Source of the DNA: a virus
Direction: 5' to 3' (one strand)
Virus record (IMG/VR): IMGVR_UViG_3300027413_000002
DNA: 64,000 nucleotides
The position numbers and the translations under genes are program-made. The notes below the pieces were generated by a model. That model was not told where the DNA came from, made no database searches, and saw only the letters and a list, made by a program, of their open reading frames with translations. Positions 8,790 to 17,230 of the stretch are shown piece after piece (position 1 is the stretch's first letter; each line of letters opens with the position of its first letter).

Positions 8790-9104
8790 TCAGCGAGATT
8801 TGCTGGGTACGAGAGATTCCGAGTCCATGCATAGAACTCTGCCTACGTCTTTCCCCTTGCTATCTCTTATTCCTATCTCTCCATCCACCATACCATACGA
8901 GAATTTACTCCTCCCACACTTGGCTTCTATACTATACCCAGAGAAAGAGATATTCTTTACCTTCTTGTCTTGGAGCATTTCTTTATAGAGAGTGGAGAGA
9001 GAATCATAGCGTTTCTTCTTCGGAATATAATGCATCAGGGGAATAGTGCTCTTGTCCAGTGAGTGGAGGCAGAGACTTCCTTGTCTCTTGTGGGTTTGGC
9101 ACAA
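8790..9104 (-). CDS. hypothetical protein (start uncertain)
   Basis: ORF in the main gene orientation. Confidence 0.45.
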   Translation of the reverse strand: MCQTHKRQGSLCLHSLDKSTIPLMHYIPKKKRYDSLSTLYKEMLQDKKVKNISFSGYSIEAKCGRSKFSYGMVDGEIGIRDSKGKDVGRVLCMDSESLVPSKSR

Positions 9105-9217
9105 TTACCGCATATTATGCCTTCTCTTTCGTGATACCACACTCCTCTACCATTGTCTTTAATGTGACGATTGCAGATTGTGCAGGAAAGAGATCTTTGT
9201 TTAGAGGAGTTTTTCAT
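9035..9217 (-). CDS. small zinc-finger-like protein
   Basis: CxxC...CxxC. Confidence 0.5.
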   Translation of the reverse strand: MKNSSKQRSLSCTICNRHIKDNGRGVWYHEREGIICGNCAKPTRDKEVSASTHWTRALFP

Positions 9218-9742
9218 TCAATCTTTCAGGTGGAGAGATAAACTTTGACCGAGACAGCTTTAAATCATCTATTGCTACTGCACCGAATAACCATATTACT
9301 ACGAGAGACCAACCAATTATTGTAGGCATCATTTACTTTTCTTTGTATCCTTTGTTGATTATGGCATTATTGCCGAGATTATTTATGGTTGGAAGCGGAA
9401 AAACACGCATTACTTATGTTTCTCTTGTTTATTCCTCTCGCGGATTGGCATATGCTGCGCGAATCTTGTACCAGTTTCCCGTTGCAATTTGTCCCTCACA
9501 GTACATTTCATAGTAATGCCAGAGCAGACTTGTGCCGTGACTGGGGTTATTCGTCATCTTGGCTCTCGTACCATGTGGCAATCACAGCCATTATTCCTAC
9601 CAGCAGACACATCCACAGCAGATCTTCTAACATCTCAATCATACCATCACCATGCTGTACATGGGGTGGACTGCAGTGGAGTCCAAGTGTTTTAAAAAGA
9701 ACAGTGCCAGTGGTGTGCACATCATTATAAAGAGTAGATTCT

Positions 9743-9931
9743 TCATTGTTTTATCTCTCGGAACTTCCTTCTCGACTTGGAGAAGGTTTTAAGTGGATTG
9801 GTGAATGTCTTCAACTCACCGCTCTTGCCCTGATATGCCACCAGATGTCCAGCGTCATTCACGTGATAGATGCCATTGAAGACAGGATGTTTTGCGCTTG
9901 ACCAGTCAGTGGTCTCTTGTAGAATCTTCAT
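9743..9931 (-). CDS. hypothetical protein
   Basis: MKILQETTDW...F.KSRRKF, phage-type small protein. Confidence 0.7.
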   Translation of the reverse strand: MKILQETTDWSSAKHPVFNGIYHVNDAGHLVAYQGKSGELKTFTNPLKTFSKSRRKFREIKQ

Positions 9932-10272
9932 ATATCGAGTTTCTCCAGAGCGGAGTAAATGCGAGGTTCAAGATCATCATACTCCTCAGAGTCTGCCAGC
10001 AGATTACCCATCTCAATCAGAAGGTCTGCGAGATCCATCGCATCGTTGTTTATCAGTTCCTCGACAGTCACAAGGTATGCAGTGTCTTGGTGATCAGTCA
10101 CCTCGAAGCGTTTGCGAGTGCTTTGGAAGTCACCCCATTTGCTGAGATGTAACTCAATTGGACCAACATATTTTAGCTTGGGATTCAGACCAGATGGATA
10201 TCCAGTGCTTCCCGCTCGCTTTTGCACCAACGCATGGTGTATTTGATCAGCAATGTAATCACAGTAAATCAT
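9928..10272 (-). CDS. hypothetical protein
   Basis: Start MIYCDYIA with GGAGAGAG RBS. Confidence 0.7.
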   Translation of the reverse strand: MIYCDYIADQIHHALVQKRAGSTGYPSGLNPKLKYVGPIELHLSKWGDFQSTRKRFEVTDHQDTAYLVTVEELINNDAMDLADLLIEMGNLLADSEEYDDLEPRIYSALEKLDI

Positions 10273-10552
10273 ACTCTCTCCAATTCTTAATGAACCACTT
10301 TTCGATGACAGGAGTTCCGTCAGCATTCTCATCAACAGCAACATACGCAACAGTCTTCAGGACATGCGCATAACGATAAGGATTACCGATCTTGTCTCCG
10401 ACCCAAACCTTATGAGGAAATTGCTCAGCGAACTCAACCTCATAGTCATCGTTCACAGAGAACTCAAACAGATTATCGTGATCTTTCTCACGGAAGCATC
10501 CGACAATCGTATCGTCAGCGTCTTTATAGGTCGAACTAGGGGCATAAGCCAT
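10259..10552 (-). CDS. hypothetical protein
   Basis: Start MAYAP after promoter and GGAG RBS. Confidence 0.7.
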   Translation of the reverse strand: MAYAPSSTYKDADDTIVGCFREKDHDNLFEFSVNDDYEVEFAEQFPHKVWVGDKIGNPYRYAHVLKTVAYVAVDENADGTPVIEKWFIKNWREYDLL

Positions 10553-10581
10553 AACAATCTCCACTCTCAATTTAGAATACA

Positions 10582-10609
10582 ATTATACTACAGGAGAGAC
10601 AAAAGTCAA
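10582..10609 (-). promoter_or_regulatory. sigma70-type early promoter (16-bp spacer)
   Basis: TTGACT-N16-TATAAT. Confidence 0.8.
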
Positions 10610-10992
10610 GCGATTTTTTGCGTGACTTTGTAATCAGTTTGCTCACCATTGGGCATCATCACCCAAGAGGCACGAGCGGTCTCAGCGATCCAGACACCGT
10701 AGAAGTTACGAGTGCAGTACACAACATAATCCTGCTCCCACTCCTCGCCAGCCATCTGCGAGTCTTCGATCTCACGAGCACCGAGGGAATACTCCTCATA
10801 ATACTCATCACCACTCTCGATGAGGTCGAGCAACTCGACATAGGGTTGACATACACCTGCCCAGAGGTCTACGTTCTCAACAACATAGGTGGTTCCACCC
10901 TTGAATTTCCAGTGTTGAGGACATTCACCCTGACCATCCCAGTCATGAGCACCATAGTTCTCTTTCACTTGAGTATCGATAACTAATTTCAT
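10606..10992 (-). CDS. conserved phage hypothetical protein
   Basis: TQ.KENYGAHDWDG.GECPQHWKFKGG motif. Confidence 0.7.
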   Translation of the reverse strand: MKLVIDTQVKENYGAHDWDGQGECPQHWKFKGGTTYVVENVDLWAGVCQPYVELLDLIESGDEYYEEYSLGAREIEDSQMAGEEWEQDYVVYCTRNFYGVWIAETARASWVMMPNGEQTDYKVTQKIA

Positions 10993-11351
10993 GCGGCAAC
11001 TCCATCAATCAACATTGAAAGTTCATTCAGACGATCAGTGATTCTTACATACTCACTGTTATAATACGTCTCGTTGTAACACTCTTTTGCTTCGATCAGC
11101 ATAGCCAGATCGTTGAACAGAATGCCTTCCTCAGACTTCAGACTAGATAAATCAAACATTATGCTTCTCCTATGCTATCACGCATTGCCAGAGCGGCAAG
11201 AGCCAAACCAGTAGTGGCGAAGAACAAACAAGCAGCGATAGACATCGTTCCCTGCTCAAGACCACCAACCGATCCCATCAGTAAAAAACCACCAGTCAAA
11301 CCGTAAATCAGATTCATAACAACACTCACTCTTTATCAATTCAATACAAGT

Positions 11352-11379
11352 ATTATACCGCAATGGAGATTAATGTCAA
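11352..11379 (-). promoter_or_regulatory. sigma70-type early promoter (16-bp spacer)
   Basis: TTGACA-N16-TATAAT; two small unlisted ORFs follow (10989-11317). Confidence 0.8.
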
Positions 11380-11569
11380 CAACTATTTTTGTCTAAGCAA
11401 ACCTCTCTTAGAACCAAAAGTTATGATACATCCTTGTCATAAACATCAATGGTTCCCAGCTTTACGCCAGAGTTGACAAGCCGATCAACGAGCGCATCAG
11501 GGTCACGCACATCCCATTCGATGTGTCGCTTCCCATCAGCATCATACCATTCAACGCAAGTGACTTCCA

Positions 11570-11908
11570 TTATCCGATCATCCTTTGGTCACCCATGTAG
11601 TGTGGACCAGTCCACGCGACAGAGTACGCTTCAAAGATGTTACCACGAGCGTGGTTTCGAGTAGGAGCAGCCCAACTTGCTGCCTTCAGGATGTCTCCAC
11701 GCTTAAACTTCTTGTCATTGTCGACAGAGACGATGAAACCCCAGACAGAGTTTCCAGTTAGAATTTTGGTATATTTGCGACCCTCTTCAACAGTGACAGA
11801 AGAGTAGAACTGTTCGTTCATCTCTTTCTTGATATCATCGTCAGGAGCCATAAAGCGTGAGTAGTCAGCTTTGATTTTTTGGATCAGTGTTTCGATTTCG
11901 CTATTCAT
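11570..11908 (-). CDS. conserved phage hypothetical protein
   Basis: GRKY.KI...SVWGF...GDILKAASW.AP...ARGNI. Confidence 0.75.
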   Translation of the reverse strand: MNSEIETLIQKIKADYSRFMAPDDDIKKEMNEQFYSSVTVEEGRKYTKILTGNSVWGFIVSVDNDKKFKRGDILKAASWAAPTRNHARGNIFEAYSVAWTGPHYMGDQRMIG

Positions 11909-11922
11909 ATTTCTCTCTCTCT

Positions 11923-11968
11923 TCTCAATTTATACTCTATTATATCGCAGAGAGGACAAAAGTCAACA
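11923..11968 (-). repeat. 46-bp promoter-containing direct repeat, copy 1
   Basis: 44/46 identical to 23579-23624; contains TTGACT-N16-TATAAT. Confidence 0.85.
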
Positions 11969-12019
11969 ACTATTTTTGTCTAAGAGAGAGTTTTTTATAA
12001 CTTTTTTGTATATGCCGAG

Positions 12020-12280
12020 TTACTCGGTTTCACCGCACCAGTTACACTCTTCACCTTTACCGACACCCATTAAGGATGCCTCGGCAGTGCAGTAGTGTTC
12101 CCAAGTGAGATCCTCGCCTTCGCGTCCACGGTCTCTGTTACCATCCGCATTCAACTCAGTCATATCCTGTTGTTTGTGCTTCTGATTCTTATCGCCATAA
12201 ATGGCGTCCCAGTTATCGCTAAATCTTCGTGCGTCAGTTTTTCTTCTGCCGCTTCCCTTACCACCGTGCCAGCTACCCAT
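12020..12280 (-). CDS. hypothetical protein (WHGGKGS motif, C-terminal Cys cluster)
   Basis: TAATG-coupled to kinase gene. Confidence 0.65.
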   Translation of the reverse strand: MGSWHGGKGSGRRKTDARRFSDNWDAIYGDKNQKHKQQDMTELNADGNRDRGREGEDLTWEHYCTAEASLMGVGKGEECNWCGETE

Positions 12281-12828
12281 TACATGCATCCATCTATGAA
12301 TTCGATTATTTTACGAGTGTCTTCAGGTGTAGTGTGCTCAAACGATCGAATGTCTCCGTCATCAAACAGATTAGCACCAAACTCGTTCTTGATGTTTCTT
12401 AGCTTGGTGAACCGAGACTGAATGAATTGCTCGCTCTGGTCACTTCCGCGATCTATATAGCGTTGCTCTCGAATGTCGTCCGAGACAGTCAGTTCAATGA
12501 TAACCAGCTGATGTCCAGCTTGCTTTACTGCGTGGAAGAATGAGGTTGTGGTCAGTCGATCGCCTTCAAACAATACGACATCGGCAGGACTGCCCTGTAG
12601 ATATTCAATGGCTTTGGGTTGAACCGCCATCGAGAGACGATCCGTCCCAGAGAACACTTCACCCTCTTCATACTTACCCATGAGGAATACATTCTTCTTA
12701 GATGAAATGTAACCCTCAACCAGATCGACTGGTTTACAAAGAAACCACTCATCATCCTTCATAAATTCTTTAATGAGAGTCGACTTCCCAGATCCTGGGA
12801 CTCCGACAACTGCTATAACTGTAGACAT
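12280..12828 (-). CDS. P-loop nucleotide kinase, putative 5-hydroxymethylpyrimidine DNA kinase
   Basis: Walker A GVPGSGKST, GTDRLS, FEGDRL, R...RGS lid; adjacent to aGPT-PPlase2 and TET/JBP. Confidence 0.7.
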   Translation of the reverse strand: MSTVIAVVGVPGSGKSTLIKEFMKDDEWFLCKPVDLVEGYISSKKNVFLMGKYEEGEVFSGTDRLSMAVQPKAIEYLQGSPADVVLFEGDRLTTTSFFHAVKQAGHQLVIIELTVSDDIREQRYIDRGSDQSEQFIQSRFTKLRNIKNEFGANLFDDGDIRSFEHTTPEDTRKIIEFIDGCM

Positions 12829-13178
12829 GCTTTGTCCTCGTTGGTTGGTGCATCTTCAAGATCAAGTTCTATTCGAACAAGTTTATCGTATTTTTTAGTT
12901 CCATTTGCTGAAACTCTTTCGCCAGTGTCTGGGTCTGTGACTCGACAATCCCACGCTTCACGGCAGACTCGCCTCACTTCTTCAGTAGAGCCAGTGACAG
13001 GATAAAACGCATTTATTGGGTGCATTTGTTTGGTGATCTCGCAGTATTCCAGTTTGACTTCATCCTTAATATCCAACGCTTGCATCAGAGGATTATCTTT
13101 AGCAAACCGAACTCCGTCCAGAGTCCTGCCATATACAGCATTCGTCTTGTTGCTCCGAGTTTTGGTAGTTTTCGTCAT
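12813..13178 (-). CDS. hypothetical protein inside modification operon
   Basis: 121 aa, overlaps both neighbours. Confidence 0.65.
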   Translation of the reverse strand: MTKTTKTRSNKTNAVYGRTLDGVRFAKDNPLMQALDIKDEVKLEYCEITKQMHPINAFYPVTGSTEEVRRVCREAWDCRVTDPDTGERVSANGTKKYDKLVRIELDLEDAPTNEDKACLQL

Positions 13179-14188
13179 AGTGGTAATACTCCCTCCACTG
13201 ATTGTTCATCATCATACATCATCTCCAACCGATCCAGCTTGCCTGTATTCAGGAATGACGCATACTTCTCTTTGATTATGCCTGTTTTATTTGATAAAGT
13301 CAAGTCCAAAGTTTCGTTTCTTGCTTGCCACAAGACCTCCCACTCGATACCAGACCAGCCATCTTGCTCGACTTTCAGTATCTCTTCAGCTTGTCTGTCC
13401 AGATAATATCCGAGGTATCGACCATGACTGGTGCGGAACAACTTCTTGAATGAACACAGACACGTCTCCATTGAGAAGTAATTGATGTCCTTCGCCAGTT
13501 CAGGATATTCAGAGTGCATTTCACTGATCAGTTCAGTACCCTGCGCTTCGAGATCCGCATACTCTCCAGCTGTCAGTTTGGTATTCACCTTGTCCTCCTG
13601 ACCGAGCGCATACAACCATCCGTTGCGGTGTGATCGAGATCCAGAGTAATCGCTGAACATCAGACTTGTTGGCTCGATCGGGACATCAGCGGTGTGCTTC
13701 AGCTGTTGCATATAGAACCATGTCGAGTAGCGTCCGAACTTATACAGACCATCCTTGAGAGCAGTCCAGAGATTATCGAAGTTCTGCTCTTCATTGTCGC
13801 CATAGTAAGATTCCAGCATCTGTCGTTGTGTACGCTTCTCTGTAAACTTTTCATACGAGGCGAACATATCAGCCAGATGTCCTTTACTCCACTTGGTGTC
13901 GGTCTGGTATCGGAGTCGCTTATAGTTCTCAGTGTTCCACGCATTCATCCGATCGAATGTAGCCAACTCGAAATCGGGGAACTCATTCATCAGAACCCAA
14001 GATGTCGGGAGGTAGTATGTGTTGCCGTACAACCAAGCAAACCAGAGTCGTTGCTCATCGTTATGCTCATACCGTGTATTGATGTAATTGGCGAGCCAGA
14101 TGGCAGGGTCGCAATCATTATATCTGACAGACCACGCATACCATCTCTTGAATGCCTCGCGTCTGTTTTTAGGTTCTCTATAATCCAC
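13175..14188 (-). CDS. aGPT-PPlase2 family / amino acid:DNA transferase
   Basis: D.DP, W.AWLYG.TY, FGRYS.WFY.Q.L, ETCLC.FKK, RY.GYY.DRQ motifs of the HhH-fold alpha-glutamyl/putrescinyl thymine pyrophosphorylase clade 2. Confidence 0.75.
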   Translation of the reverse strand: MDYREPKNRREAFKRWYAWSVRYNDCDPAIWLANYINTRYEHNDEQRLWFAWLYGNTYYLPTSWVLMNEFPDFELATFDRMNAWNTENYKRLRYQTDTKWSKGHLADMFASYEKFTEKRTQRQMLESYYGDNEEQNFDNLWTALKDGLYKFGRYSTWFYMQQLKHTADVPIEPTSLMFSDYSGSRSHRNGWLYALGQEDKVNTKLTAGEYADLEAQGTELISEMHSEYPELAKDINYFSMETCLCSFKKLFRTSHGRYLGYYLDRQAEEILKVEQDGWSGIEWEVLWQARNETLDLTLSNKTGIIKEKYASFLNTGKLDRLEMMYDDEQSVEGVLPL

Positions 14189-14729
14189 GTGCTTCAGTCC
14201 AATAGTCTTTCACGCAACCACCCATGCCCTTTTTAGTGACTTCTTTTTGTGTGTATTCATCCCACTCCCAGACCAGATCACTGACGCTTGGTCCAGCGAT
14301 ACGTCCAATAGAGAGAAACGTGTCTGATGCTTGGATTCCCCAAGACTTGAAACCTACCCGTTCATATGCAGTAAGAGCAGGAGCATTGATTGATACTCGG
14401 AAGTGTTTGAGTTGTGCCATATATGCTCGATACACAGCGTCTTCACATAACTTACGGAACACACCCTTGCCTCTAGCGTCTGGTATTGTGACGATCCACT
14501 TCAGATTGGCGTAGTTCTTCATCATCTTCGTTGCGATGACTCCCAAGACTTTACCATCCTCGTAGAAAGCACGGATGCAGTCTTGACAGTTGTCGTCAAT
14601 GATACCACGTCTCATCTTCGAGAAGAATTTGTCAGTCGTTTTGTTTGCTTCACAAAACTCAGACCAGTCATCAAATGACAGGTTGGAGATCCCGTCCTGA
14701 ACCTGTTGATTCGACTCTGATTGATTCAT
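14178..14729 (-). CDS. GNAT family N-acetyltransferase
   Basis: Acetyl-CoA motif A (TIPDARGKGVFRKL) and N..A...YERVGF; likely start MNQSE. Confidence 0.75.
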   Translation of the reverse strand: MNQSESNQQVQDGISNLSFDDWSEFCEANKTTDKFFSKMRRGIIDDNCQDCIRAFYEDGKVLGVIATKMMKNYANLKWIVTIPDARGKGVFRKLCEDAVYRAYMAQLKHFRVSINAPALTAYERVGFKSWGIQASDTFLSIGRIAGPSVSDLVWEWDEYTQKEVTKKGMGGCVKDYWTEARGL

Positions 14730-15315
14730 TAATGATTCCAGCACGTTTTGCAATATCCTTCGTTGATGTGATAATATAACCGTTGTCCACAGTAGTCTTG
14801 TACAATGGTCGCTTACCATTCCGATACAGGTTGATTTTCTTATCTGATGTAAGTTCTATGACAGATAGAGATGAGTCTCTCCAGATCTCGAGTGGATGAT
14901 ATCCTGCCTCAATCGTTCGATTTAGCAGTTCAGTATCGTTCTGTGTGGTCGTCTCATACCCATACAGCCTATCCCAGTTCTCTGGAAGTTCTTGTGTGAC
15001 CACGCCATTGTGAACGATTGATAGATCGTCACTGGTCTGTATGGGTTGATTGAATCGGAGGTCACTGGTTGAATATCGACAGTGACCAATAAGGTACAGG
15101 TTGCCATCCTCATTGAGCAATTGCTCCATCTTTGAGAGAGGAGAGAAGTCAGGAGCGGGGACAGCTTCAATGAGAGTGGCAACCTTACCGTTCTTTACAT
15201 ACGACAAACCTGTCGCGTGTAACCCTCGAATACGAGATTCAAGGAAAACATTCCGCACCAGTTCCAAGTCAGAAGAACTGGGGGAAGTTAATCGTGCGCC
15301 AATTACTGCGCACAT
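14671..15315 (-). CDS. stand-alone class II (Ntn) glutamine amidotransferase
   Basis: N-terminal M-C nucleophile, RG.HATG, GHCRYST, NQP, HNG, NDTE. Confidence 0.85.
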   Translation of the reverse strand: MCAVIGARLTSPSSSDLELVRNVFLESRIRGLHATGLSYVKNGKVATLIEAVPAPDFSPLSKMEQLLNEDGNLYLIGHCRYSTSDLRFNQPIQTSDDLSIVHNGVVTQELPENWDRLYGYETTTQNDTELLNRTIEAGYHPLEIWRDSSLSVIELTSDKKINLYRNGKRPLYKTTVDNGYIITSTKDIAKRAGIINESIRVESTGSGRDLQPVI

Positions 15316-16622
15316 CAGAACAAATCCGCGAGTGATGCCGTGCCAGCAGATGCTTGGGGATGATATTTGTCAAGCATCTCCTGTCCACCATGCTCTTGGA
15401 GGTAATCATACCATTCAGTGGCATCCCACATCTTGGTTGATACACCGTTCCAGAGAGGACGCCACTCGGGATGTTCTTCATTGAGTCGTCTGTAATCAAC
15501 ATACTGACGACGCAAAGTCTCGTAATCAAATGAACCCAACAGAGCCATCTTCTCACGAGCATAGGCGACGATCGAGATACGAATCGGATCGTCACCAATG
15601 ATTTCCGTATTACCGTGAATGCCTTCGTGATTGTTCACGAGCAGGAGATCTCCTGGATGCAACTCAACAGCAATGCGGAACTCAGGTAACACAAACAGAC
15701 AACCATCCCAACCTTTTTTACCATCTGGGGAGATGCAGCTGATATTAGAGAAACCCTCGGTGTAATCACCAGCGTCTCTGTGTGCAGCTGTGCGGAATGT
15801 ACGGTTGACTGTCAGTGTTGTGTATGGTGTATCAGGTACAACATACTTCGGGTCAATCGCGTCCGTAAATGCTTTCTGTTTCGCATATCGCTCGGGGAGT
15901 AACTCCTCGAACTGACGTGCCAGAGTCTGCAGATATGGATACGACTTTGCAAACAGTTCAGGATTCTTTTCGGTGTATGCTGTAGCGCGACCATATGGAA
16001 TCCGAGGATACCGATCGAACCAGCCAGCAATACCAGAATTCACTGTGTTTGCGTAGGAAGTGTCGGAGATATAGTTCTTGACCATATCTTTAGCTGCATC
16101 TTTGCGCTCTGAGGCAGACATAGGACGAACCGAGTCCAACCACCAGTCAAAGAATTCACTATACTCGACACCAGTTTTCTTGATTCGATCTCTGAGCCAA
16201 ACACGACCACGACCTGCCTCATCTGGCTTATGTCGAGCGATCGCATTTTCGATAGCATCAAAGTCTTCATCAAGAGATGAGTCAGGTGCAGTAAATATAG
16301 CGTCCAAGATATCCTCTTGAAGAGGTGTCACCCAGTCTCGCTTACCATTCTGCCCTGCTCGTGGTCCAGCTGCGAGTCCACGATTCTGTGTCTCGATTGC
16401 CGCTGGAGCCAATCCTTCAAATGCACCCTCTTGTTCAGCGGATGAAAACACACCCTTGCGGAACTTGAAGATTACATTGTGTTCACCGTTGCCCTCGTTG
16501 AATCTGTCGAGAGCATACAAATCTGTATCTGCTGTGATGATCTGGTCATAACTGGAATCATCCAGCCACTTACCAAGTTTATCGTCACAGTCTTGCTTTT
16601 CAATCGTTAATTCTTTTACCAT
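15315..16622 (-). CDS. TET/JBP family 2OG-Fe(II) 5-methylpyrimidine dioxygenase
   Basis: TTLTVN..FRTAAHRDAGD (HxD), HGNTE (distal His), RISIVAYAREKM (2OG-binding Arg). Confidence 0.8.
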   Translation of the reverse strand: MVKELTIEKQDCDDKLGKWLDDSSYDQIITADTDLYALDRFNEGNGEHNVIFKFRKGVFSSAEQEGAFEGLAPAAIETQNRGLAAGPRAGQNGKRDWVTPLQEDILDAIFTAPDSSLDEDFDAIENAIARHKPDEAGRGRVWLRDRIKKTGVEYSEFFDWWLDSVRPMSASERKDAAKDMVKNYISDTSYANTVNSGIAGWFDRYPRIPYGRATAYTEKNPELFAKSYPYLQTLARQFEELLPERYAKQKAFTDAIDPKYVVPDTPYTTLTVNRTFRTAAHRDAGDYTEGFSNISCISPDGKKGWDGCLFVLPEFRIAVELHPGDLLLVNNHEGIHGNTEIIGDDPIRISIVAYAREKMALLGSFDYETLRRQYVDYRRLNEEHPEWRPLWNGVSTKMWDATEWYDYLQEHGGQEMLDKYHPQASAGTASLADLF

Positions 16623-16637
16623 AATATATCATCCCGT

Positions 16638-16820
16638 TTAATTTAGTCCGATGAGTCCCCACCCGTGATTGGCTATTGCGTTGAGTATAATAAACCAACA
16701 TGTAGCCATATGAGTAATCCACCACACAGTACGGATAGCAGCAACAGTATTAGCTTGCTTATCTGTCTCGCCAACTTTTTCACCTAGACTTTTTGCCCAT
16801 ATTCTCCACCATTTATACAT
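16638..16820 (-). CDS. small membrane protein conserved in marine T4-like phages
   Basis: WRIWAKSLGEK...A.IRT plus hydrophobic tail. Confidence 0.65.
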   Translation of the reverse strand: MYKWWRIWAKSLGEKVGETDKQANTVAAIRTVWWITHMATCWFIILNAIANHGWGLIGLN

Positions 16821-16847
16821 TATACACCAGTCCCCTGTAAATGTCAA
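16819..16847 (-). promoter_or_regulatory. sigma70-type promoter (17-bp spacer) upstream of modification operon
   Basis: TTGACA-N17-TATAAT, perfect consensus. Confidence 0.8.
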
Positions 16848-17230
16848 GCATTGTTTCTTTTTTCTCTCACATCTTTGACTGCTGCTTTGATCGCATCTTC
16901 TGCTAACACAGAACAATGAATCTTAACTGGGGGTAATGCCAGTTCTTCAGCAATCTGGGTGTTTTTGATCTGCTCGGCATCATCGATGCTTTTACCTTTG
17001 ACCCACTCAGTCAGCAATGAGCTGGAGGCAATAGCTGAACCACAGCCATAGGTTTTAAACTTGGCATCTTCAATAATGCCATCGTCGTTGACCTTGATTT
17101 GTAGACGCATTACATCACCACAGGCTGGTGCACCGACCATACCAGTTCCAACATTTTCTTCTTGTTCATCAAGTTTCCCGACATTGCGTGGATTCTCATA
17201 ATGATCGATTACTTTATCGCTGTATGCCAT
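16844..17230 (-). CDS. iscU: Fe-S cluster scaffold IscU
   Basis: MAYSDKVIDHYENPRNVG, APACGD, GCGSAIAS, LPPVKIHC. Confidence 0.95.
   Translation of the reverse strand: MAYSDKVIDHYENPRNVGKLDEQEENVGTGMVGAPACGDVMRLQIKVNDDGIIEDAKFKTYGCGSAIASSSLLTEWVKGKSIDDAEQIKNTQIAEELALPPVKIHCSVLAEDAIKAAVKDVREKRNNA

Noticed and set aside
8738-9046. 102-aa + strand ORF after the divergent promoter
   Set aside because: No RBS, start buried in a stem, antisense to a more plausible minus ORF; not formally excluded.
14671-15315. GlmS, PurF or AsnB housekeeping enzyme
   Set aside because: Only the glutaminase domain is present, with no synthase domain, and it is coupled to DNA-modification genes.
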